DNA of 30,052 bases from a virus (taxonomy: Duplodnaviria > Caudoviricetes): the IMG/VR virus record IMGVR_UViG_3300043580_000088, positions 1-30,052 of that record; one strand, given 5' to 3'. Position numbers and translations under genes: made by a program. Under the pieces are notes generated by a model. That model was not told the DNA's origin. It made no database searches and worked only from the letters and a program-made list of their open reading frames with translations. Positions 16,422 to 22,089 of this stretch are shown here, piece by piece. Every line of letters begins with the position of its first letter. Within the stretch, counting starts at the first letter, position 1.

Positions 16422-17918
16422 CTAAGAACGAAGGCCATAGCTGTAGCCGTTCATCGGCATACGCATCGGCGACGCCACCGAAACCCGGCGACTGCTCGGG
16501 GTAGCGACCCGAATCCGCTTCTTCTCCCCCTCCATGAGCCAGTTGGCCCCGTGGACAGCCGCGTCCATCCGGTCCGGCGACTCGCGCGACGACTCCGGGT
16601 CGAAAGTCACCTGCTGCTTCTCCAGCACCGGGAACTCACCGACATGATGTACCCGGCTCTGCTGGTAGCGCAGCGCGAACCGCTCGGCACGGGTCTTCTT
16701 CCCCTGATTGGAGTGGACCGACTTCAGCGGCGGGGTCGAGTCGGCGGGGAATACACCAGCGTCGCGCAGCTCGTTGTAGGCGTCGACAAGCACTTTCTTC
16801 ATCCACGCCTTGCCGAGGTTGTCCTCATACACCACGAGATCCGCTTCCCAGGTGGCGAACACGCGCCAGATGTGAATCGCCGCCTCGCGACCCGACAGGT
16901 ACTCCGACTCGTCGGCGAGCACATATATATGGTCGCGGTTGTCGGCAGACAGGACGACGACACCCATCTCATCCTGATGATCCGCGCCGTCCCCGGTCAG
17001 GCTCGGGTCCACACCGACCACCCGTGCCCGGACCTCCACCGGCTCGTCGTCGACCCGGTTGCGGTTGATGTCGGACAGGTGGAACAGCTTCCCGGCGTCG
17101 TGGAGCATCAGGCGCCCGTGAAGTTCCTGCTCCCCCAGGTCGGTCCCCTCGTAGGTGTCGATGAAACCCTGCAACGCCTGCTCGGACAGGTTCTCGGCAT
17201 TGTCGTATGTCGAGCCGGTCGACATCGAGATGGTCGTCTTCGTTTCCTGGCCGGAGCGGATCTGCTCCTGTTCGGTGTCGAACTTCTCCACCCAGTCGAT
17301 TAGCAGCCGGATCGCCTTCGGAGTCGTCGTCACGAACGCCCGGGGGTAGTCGCCGGGGATCTTCATCCGCAGCGCGGGGAGGATGCCTTCCAGCCACGCC
17401 TTACGGGCGTCCTGCCACTTGATGATCTCGTCCATCCACACGTCGGCGAGGTTGAAGCCTCGGGCCTTGTCGGGGTCTGAACCGATGAAGTGGATGCGTG
17501 ACTCGGTCTCGGTGAGGATGATCTGTGGCTTTGGGGACTTTGTGTAGTGGTAGGGAATCTGTCGGCGTTCCAGGGCACGGATGACTCCCGATGGCCCTTC
17601 GATGCACTGGTCGCGGGCGTCGGACAGGGTCGGGGCGATGACCAGGCGCTCGGTGGGGATGCCGAACACGTCCACGGGGTATTTCTGCGACCGGTCGATC
17701 AGCCATTCCCCGCCAGAGCGGGTTTTGCCGGTGCCGCGTCCGCCGAGGTACAGGTGTACCAGCCAATCGGTCAGCGGCGGTACTTGCTCGGGCCGGGACT
17801 CCCACCACCAGTCGCCTCGGGCGATTTCGGTCAGAGCTTCCAGGGGCAGGCCCGCGAGGAAGTTCTCCTGGGCGCACGGGTCCCAGGTGCCGAAGGTGTG
17901 CTTGAGACTGTGGCCCAC
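16422..17918 (-). CDS. terL: Terminase large subunit
   Basis: Walker A GGRGTGKT, Walker B VWMDE, TTTP coupling motif, nuclease VGVDP and SPDRMDA. Confidence 0.95.
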   Translation of the reverse strand: MGHSLKHTFGTWDPCAQENFLAGLPLEALTEIARGDWWWESRPEQVPPLTDWLVHLYLGGRGTGKTRSGGEWLIDRSQKYPVDVFGIPTERLVIAPTLSDARDQCIEGPSGVIRALERRQIPYHYTKSPKPQIILTETESRIHFIGSDPDKARGFNLADVWMDEIIKWQDARKAWLEGILPALRMKIPGDYPRAFVTTTPKAIRLLIDWVEKFDTEQEQIRSGQETKTTISMSTGSTYDNAENLSEQALQGFIDTYEGTDLGEQELHGRLMLHDAGKLFHLSDINRNRVDDEPVEVRARVVGVDPSLTGDGADHQDEMGVVVLSADNRDHIYVLADESEYLSGREAAIHIWRVFATWEADLVVYEDNLGKAWMKKVLVDAYNELRDAGVFPADSTPPLKSVHSNQGKKTRAERFALRYQQSRVHHVGEFPVLEKQQVTFDPESSRESPDRMDAAVHGANWLMEGEKKRIRVATPSSRRVSVASPMRMPMNGYSYGLRS

Positions 17919-17924
17919 GGGAAA

Positions 17925-17933
17925 ACTATATCA
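17925..17933 (-). promoter_or_regulatory. Extended -10 promoter for leaderless terminase mRNA
   Basis: TGA-TATAGT on the minus strand ending 6 nt before GTG 17918; no SD. Confidence 0.6.
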
Positions 17934-17966
17934 ACCATGACCGTTTTCACACCCGCTGAAAGAGGG

Positions 17967-17996
17967 TTGCGGGATTGTCGGGTTCAGCGTTACGGT
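17967..17996 (+). promoter_or_regulatory. Promoter for the Y RNA / HAD / Ro60 operon
   Basis: TTGCGG-N18-TACGGT; predicted start near 18003 coincides with the first Y-like RNA. Confidence 0.6.
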
Positions 17997-18003
17997 GGGA
18001 ACC

Positions 18004-18086
18004 GCACTTCCGGTGTGAGGGAAACGGGCTACTTCATCGAATTGATCGATCCCAAATAACCCGTTCCATCTGGTTCTCGGAGGGGC
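18004..18086 (+). ncRNA. Y-RNA-like unit A (minimal)
   Basis: CTTCCG/CGGAGG terminal stem; GGTGTG, TACTTC and GGTTCTC motifs; ACGGG/CCCGT inner stem; cargo hairpin ATCGA-ATTGA-TCGAT. Confidence 0.78.
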
Positions 18087-18091
18087 ACAGC

Positions 18092-18174
18092 TGCGTCACG
18101 GTGTGTAGTCGACGGGTTACTTCCACTTCACATGGGATCCAAAACCCCGACGACGTCCGGTTCTCGTGATCGCA
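18092..18174 (+). ncRNA. Y-RNA-like unit B (minimal, anticodon-like hairpin TCA)
   Basis: TGCG-TCACG/CGTGA-T-CGCA stem; same three motifs; cargo TTCCA-CTTCACA-TGGGA. Confidence 0.78.
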
Positions 18175-18211
18175 TGCTCTGCTCCCTCCCCCGTCGAAGG
18201 GAGGTTGAGGT

Positions 18212-18787
18212 ATGGGGCCGATCTGGCTTCTGGACGTCGATGGCGTGCTCAACGCACATCCGACCCGTCCACAGCTGCACGTGTGGTCTGAGGACGAATG
18301 GGTCCAGCTTCCCGTCTACGACAGCCGGGGCCAGCGGTGGACGATCACCGCCGGTGTGCCAGTGACCAGGTTCCTGCACAAGGTCCACACCCACAAGTTC
18401 GCCGAGATCGTGTGGCTGACCACGTGGCAGGCCGACGCCAACCGCGTGTCGGACGCGCTGGGTCTTCCGCACTTTCGGGTGATCGAGAATCCGATCCACA
18501 AGAACACCCGGTACGCCGGGAAGGACTGGTGGAAGCTGTCCGAGGCGTTCAAGGTCATCTCCAGTGGGCGACCGGTGATCTGGACCGACGACGACATCGG
18601 GGAAGAGATCCGCGACCTGGTCCACAGTTATCAGGTCACGAGCAACACAACCCGGTTCCTCGACATCCAGGTCGACGTACCCGGACCGACCCTGTTGATC
18701 TCTCCGAACGGTAACGAGGGGCTTGGCCCCTGGCACTTGAAGAGGATCTCCGAGTTCCTCCAGATCAACTCCGAAAGGGAGGTGTGA
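18212..18787 (+). CDS. HAD-superfamily phosphatase resembling RNA-repair-associated (Swiss Army Knife-type) HAD domains
   Basis: LLDVDGVLN (motif I), WLTTW (II), WWK (III), WTDDD (IV); GGAGG RBS; TGATG coupling to the TROVE gene. Confidence 0.85.
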   Translation: MGPIWLLDVDGVLNAHPTRPQLHVWSEDEWVQLPVYDSRGQRWTITAGVPVTRFLHKVHTHKFAEIVWLTTWQADANRVSDALGLPHFRVIENPIHKNTRYAGKDWWKLSEAFKVISSGRPVIWTDDDIGEEIRDLVHSYQVTSNTTRFLDIQVDVPGPTLLISPNGNEGLGPWHLKRISEFLQINSEREV

Positions 18788-20382
18788 TGAGCAAGTTCAA
18801 TGTGGCCAACCGGAACCGTACTCAGGTTTCGGGGCCGACGTCGCCGATTCAGACTTCGGCCCGTTCGACTGAGCGGACCGGTCAGGGCGCACCGGGTTAC
18901 ACCCGTGACGCGAAGTCGGAGCTGTTTCTCCTGGCCGTGACGAACATGGTCAGCGAGAACACGTTCTACGAGCCGGGCAAGAGCCGTGACGAGCGGTTCG
19001 TGGACCTGGTCCGGCATGTTGCCGTGACCGAGTATGCGTGGTTCCTCGGTTTCGTGCGCTGGCTGCGCGACGAGGCGAACATGCGTTCGGCTACCGTCGT
19101 CGCTGTTGTCGAGGGCGCGAAGGCACTCCTGGACGCGAAGATCGGTGGCGGGCGTCTGCTGTTCGAGGCGCTGTCGCGGGCCGACGAGCCCGGCGAGGCG
19201 TTCTCGTACTGGCTGGCGTTCTACGGCCGTCCGATCCCGAAGCCGATCAAGCGGGGCATCGCCGATGCTGCCACGCGGCTCTACACCGAGTTCAACTACC
19301 TCAAGTGGGACTCGGAGCGTAACGCCGTACGGTTCGCCGACGTGATCGACATGCTGCGGCCCGACCCTCGGGATGTGCGCCAGAACCAGCTTTTCCGGTA
19401 CATTCTCGACGCGCGGCACGGTCACAACGCCATCGCCGACGAGAAGGTCCACGCCTCCTACCTGCCGATGATTGATTTCCAGGCCAATGTTCGGCACGGA
19501 TGGGCGACCCAGGACGCCGCCTGGATTATGAGTTCCCTGAACCCGGAGCTTCTGCGCCGAGCCGGTCTCACGTGGGAGGACGTCATGTCCGCCCTCGGGT
19601 CGAAGGTTGACAAGGCGACGCTGTGGAACGCCCTGATCCCGAACATGGGATACATGGCCCTGCTGCGTAACCTGCGCAACTTCGACCAGGCCGGGATCAG
19701 CCCGCTGTCGATCCGCAAGGTTCAGCAGAAGCTGATGGACCCCGACGAGGTCCGCCGGTCGCGTCAGTTCCCGTTCCGGTTCCTGTCGGCGTACCGCGAG
19801 GTGCCGTCGCTGAACTGGGGACAGGCGCTGGAGACGGCCCTGGACCTGTCGATGGTCAACGTGGCGATGCTGCCGGGACGGACTCTCGTCCTGGTCGACA
19901 TGTCGGGTTCGATGACGGGACGTCTGTCGGCACGTTCGACGGTGAGCCGCGCGGACGCGGCGGCGGTGTTCGGTACGGTCCTGGCCCGGCGCAACCCCGG
20001 TGGTACCGACCTGGTTCAGTTCGGTACCACGGCGCAGAAGATCACCATGACCTATGGTGATTCGATCCTGCGGACGGTTACGACCAAGTTCCGCAACATG
20101 GGTGGAACTCACACCCAGGCTGCGGCGCGGCAGTTCTACGCCGGACACGACCGGGTCGTCATCATCACCGACGAGCAGACCCAGGACGGGGACCCGGGCC
20201 GGGCGATTCCGGCGAGCGTCCCGATGTATACGTGGAACGTGGCCGGATATTCGGTCGGTTCCACGCCGTCGGGTTCGGGTAACCGGCACACGTTCGGCGG
20301 CCTCAACGACGCGGCCTTCCGTCTGATCCCGCTGCTGGAGTCCAGCACGTGGCCGTGGGAGAACGATGGCCCGGCTGCGTAG
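18787..20382 (+). CDS. rsr: Ro60/Rsr-like TROVE + vWA domain RNA-binding protein
   Basis: ELFLLAVTNM..E.TFYE, R...NMRS, RADEPGE, TWE, YMALLRNLRN and SRQFPFRFLSAY TROVE motifs; vWA MIDAS VDMSGSM, GGT, IITDEQ. Confidence 0.95.
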   Translation: MSKFNVANRNRTQVSGPTSPIQTSARSTERTGQGAPGYTRDAKSELFLLAVTNMVSENTFYEPGKSRDERFVDLVRHVAVTEYAWFLGFVRWLRDEANMRSATVVAVVEGAKALLDAKIGGGRLLFEALSRADEPGEAFSYWLAFYGRPIPKPIKRGIADAATRLYTEFNYLKWDSERNAVRFADVIDMLRPDPRDVRQNQLFRYILDARHGHNAIADEKVHASYLPMIDFQANVRHGWATQDAAWIMSSLNPELLRRAGLTWEDVMSALGSKVDKATLWNALIPNMGYMALLRNLRNFDQAGISPLSIRKVQQKLMDPDEVRRSRQFPFRFLSAYREVPSLNWGQALETALDLSMVNVAMLPGRTLVLVDMSGSMTGRLSARSTVSRADAAAVFGTVLARRNPGGTDLVQFGTTAQKITMTYGDSILRTVTTKFRNMGGTHTQAAARQFYAGHDRVVIITDEQTQDGDPGRAIPASVPMYTWNVAGYSVGSTPSGSGNRHTFGGLNDAAFRLIPLLESSTWPWENDGPAA

Positions 20383-20773
20383 GCAGGAGCCCGAGGACCG
20401 GATCTTGCGCTGTAACGGGCGCAGGGGCCGGTCCTCGGTCATCTTCTGCGAACAGGAGGCGTTGCACTACTTGGCAGACCATCCCATGGCGAGTGTGCAC
20501 GTCGGCAGGGATCAGAGGGGCCGGTGGCATTGCTGGCCCGTGGTTGCGGAGTTCCCGTTCTTTTGTCAGGTCGTCGGGGTCAACATTCGGTGGCTGGAGT
20601 GTCCGGTCCGCGAAGGCGGCGGGTTCCAGTGCGAGGCTCAAGGGCCGCACGAATGGCACGTGTGGGGTGATCACACGGTTCTTCACGAGCGGTGGGGGAA
20701 CGGCAACTCGTGCCTGGCTGTCGAGGAGAGGCTGAGGTGGGAACGTGAGCGATCTGTCGAAGCTGTCGGATGA
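20366..20773 (+). CDS. Cys/His-rich hypothetical protein
   Basis: GGGAGA RBS, overlaps the TROVE stop; several C/H pairs. Confidence 0.55.
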   Translation: MARLRRQEPEDRILRCNGRRGRSSVIFCEQEALHYLADHPMASVHVGRDQRGRWHCWPVVAEFPFFCQVVGVNIRWLECPVREGGGFQCEAQGPHEWHVWGDHTVLHERWGNGNSCLAVEERLRWERERSVEAVG

Positions 20774-20924
20774 AGAACTGATCGATGAGTTGGCACGGCG
20801 TGGTGCCGGGCCTCGGTGCCGGTGCCAGCGGTGGCGGACCTACTATGGGATCTACGACCACCGGGGGTTGACGTGGCGTTGCCACGGGTGCCTGCGTGCG
20901 ATCGACGAGTGCCGGTGCAGATGA
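20745..20924 (+). CDS. Small putative zinc-binding protein (not in ORF track)
   Basis: GAGGTG RBS, GTG start; SDLSKLSDEELIDELARR followed by CRC...CHGC...CRC; 59 aa. Confidence 0.65.
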   Translation: MSDLSKLSDEELIDELARRGAGPRCRCQRWRTYYGIYDHRGLTWRCHGCLRAIDECRCR

Positions 20925-20925
20925 T

Positions 20926-20954
20926 TTGACAGCGCCGCGTTTCGACGCTAGAGT
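20926..20954 (+). promoter_or_regulatory. Near-consensus promoter for the downstream ncRNA array
   Basis: TTGACA-N17-TAGAGT; predicted start about 20961 equals the 5' end of Y-like unit 1. Confidence 0.85.
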
Positions 20955-20960
20955 CTCCTA

Positions 20961-21077
20961 CGTACTCAGGTGTGACGGTTGCCGGTTACTTCGAGGTTCA
21001 AGTCCTTGCGGAGGAGGTCAAACTCCCCTGTCGCCCAATTGGTAGGGCTTCCGGTACCATCTGGTTCTCTGAGTACG
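20961..21077 (+). ncRNA. Y-RNA-like unit 1 (permuted T arm, closed acceptor, D arm; no anticodon arm)
   Basis: Perfect CGTACTCAG/CTGAGTACG stem; CGAGG-TTCAAGT-CCTTG; GGAG-GTCAAA-CTCC; GCCC-AATTGGTA-GGGC. Confidence 0.88.
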
Positions 21078-21078
21078 C

Positions 21079-21146
21079 GGACCTTGTAGCTCAAACAGGC
21101 AGAGCACTCGACGGAGAAGATGAGGGTTCGAGTCCCTCGGGGTCCA
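21079..21146 (+). ncRNA. tRNA-like RNA lacking an anticodon loop
   Basis: GGACCTT/GGGGTCC acceptor, GCTC/GAGC D arm, GAGGG-TTCGAGT-CCCTC T arm; anticodon arm reduced to CTC-GACG-GAG. Confidence 0.75.
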
Positions 21147-21175
21147 CGACCAAACGGCCAAAACTACACAAAACT

Positions 21176-21258
21176 GACTCGTTTCGTCCCCGGGCTTGCG
21201 GTAACCACTCCGAAAAGGGACATCAGAGGTGGCGGCAACCCGGGATGCGCGGTCACCA
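21176..21258 (+). ncRNA. Rod-like hairpin RNA ending in ACCA
   Basis: GAC/GTC, CCCGGG/CCCGGG, TTGC/GCAA and CCAC-TC/GA-G-GTGG pairings; bounded by A/C-rich spacers. Confidence 0.5.
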
Positions 21259-21276
21259 CAAACAGCACAACTACAT

Positions 21277-21405
21277 ACCGGTGGGGGATCTGTCGGCCTC
21301 CAGACCCAGGATCGTATGCCTGGTGACGGATCAGACGGTTTTCCTGGAGACTGCCCAACGGCCTCTCGGTACGGCGGGTACCAGGTGCGAGACCTGGCGC
21401 CGGTT
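21277..21405 (+). ncRNA. Enlarged tRNA-like RNA
   Basis: ACCGGTG/CGCCGGT acceptor adjacent to CCAGG-TGCGAGA-CCTGG T-like arm; CTCCAG/CTGGAG stem enclosing an insert; CTGCC/GGCGG variable-arm-like stem. Confidence 0.6.
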
Positions 21406-21413
21406 CGACAACT

Positions 21414-21551
21414 TAATAGCAGGTGTGCAGAGTTCGGATACTTCGGGAGTCGGAAGCGCGGGTTCAAATCCCGCAGAGCCCGTCAAAGGTGATCGTTTAG
21501 TGGCCCAGGACGCCGACATTGTGCCGATCTCTTCAAGGTTCTCTGCTATTA
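21414..21551 (+). ncRNA. Y-RNA-like unit 2 (YrlA-like topology)
   Basis: TAATAGCAG/CTGCTATTA stem; GTCGG/CCGAC in the anticodon-stem position; GCGGG-TTCAAAT-CCCGC; tRNA-Glu-like D arm TCGTTTAGTGGCCCAGGACG. Confidence 0.88.
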
Positions 21552-21560
21552 CATAACTTC

Positions 21561-21672
21561 ATCGCAGGTGTGTAGGAACGGGATACTTCCAGACTGGGTT
21601 GCCCAGATCCCCGTGCAACCGGACTTGACATCCGGTACGCAGGGTCTCCCGACCGGACTGGTTCTCTGCGAT
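21561..21672 (+). ncRNA. Y-RNA-like unit 3 (non-tRNA cargo with anticodon-like hairpin TGA)
   Basis: ATCGCAG/CTGCGAT stem; three motifs; CTGGG-TTG-CCCAG and ACCGGA-CTTGACA-TCCGGT hairpins. Confidence 0.82.
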
Positions 21673-21678
21673 ACAACT

Positions 21679-21822
21679 TCACAGCAGGTGTGCAGGTTCG
21701 GGATACTTCCTCACTACGCATGAGAAGATCCAGGTTCGAGTCCTGGCGGCGGCGCTCATGCCGCTGTAGCTCAATGGATAGAGCTTCCGGTTTCCCCGCG
21801 CCGACTCGGTTCTCTGCTGTGA
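21679..21822 (+). ncRNA. Y-RNA-like unit 4 carrying a complete permuted tRNA-Arg(ACG)-like domain
   Basis: TCACAGCAG/CTGCTGTGA stem; CTCA-CTACGCA-TGAG; CCAGG-TTCGAGT-CCTGG; CGGCGGC-GCTCAT-GCCGCTG; GCTC-AATGGATA-GAGC. Confidence 0.9.
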
Positions 21823-21833
21823 CAACTTAACAA

Positions 21834-21975
21834 GGGTATCGGTGTGTAGGAGCGGGATACTTCTCCTTTCAAGAGAGTGGTCGCGGGTTCGAGGCCCGCT
21901 GGCGGGGGTCACACTCCGCTGTAGCTCAGTTGGCAGAGCGCTATCGTTTCCCGATCCGTCTGGTTCTCGGTACCC
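21834..21975 (+). ncRNA. Y-RNA-like unit 5 carrying a complete permuted tRNA-like domain with TTC (Glu) anticodon
   Basis: GGGTATCG/CGGTACCC stem; TTCTC-CTTTCAA-GAGAG; GCGGG-TTCGAGG-CCCGC; TGGCGGGG/CTCCGCTG closed acceptor; GCTC-AGTTGGCA-GAGC. Confidence 0.9.
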
Positions 21976-22002
21976 CACAAGCTTTCGGTCCCCCCGGGAG
22001 AA

Positions 22003-22043
22003 ACAAAACCCCGTATCGGCTAGTCACCGGTGCGGGGTTTTGT
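22003..22043 (+). terminator. Intrinsic terminator ending the ncRNA array (possibly bidirectional)
   Basis: ACAAAACCCCGTATCGG/CCGGTGCGGGGTTTTGT inverted repeat with T tract. Confidence 0.85.
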
Positions 22044-22062
22044 CGTACCCCGGCGCTAGACT
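22041..22062 (+). promoter_or_regulatory. RecA-NDp (PafBC-type)-like promoter
   Basis: TGTCGT-N10-TAGACT versus the actinobacterial TGTCGG-N10-TANNNT consensus. Confidence 0.55.
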
Positions 22063-22089
22063 GTCAACCTAAGCGACGAAGGGGTGGCG

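Noticed and set aside
17976-17996. Second PafBC-type promoter TGTCGG...TACGGT
   Set aside because: Spacing is 9 nt rather than 10; a conventional TTGCGG-N18-TACGGT reading fits.
17937-18059. 40 aa ORF MTVFTPAERG... as a small terminase or leader peptide
   Set aside because: No RBS, opposite strand to terL, and it overlaps the promoter and Y-like unit A. No small terminase was recognised in the window.
21176-21258. SRP 4.5S RNA
   Set aside because: Lacks the conserved CAGG...GGAA...AGCAG domain IV motif.
21277-21405. tmRNA or tRNA-Sec
   Set aside because: Too short for tmRNA, with no G3:U70 pair or tag ORF; no UCA anticodon loop or extended acceptor as in tRNA-Sec.
21625-21630. TTGACA as an internal -35 box
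   Set aside because: No -10-like hexamer 16-19 nt downstream; it lies in a hairpin loop of unit 3.
21408-21975. CRISPR array (repeated motifs next to a Cas4-like gene)
   Set aside because: The repeats are short split motifs with covarying stems and tRNA-like interiors, not identical direct repeats with uniform spacers. There is no cas1/cas2, and solo Cas4-like nucleases are common in phage replication modules.
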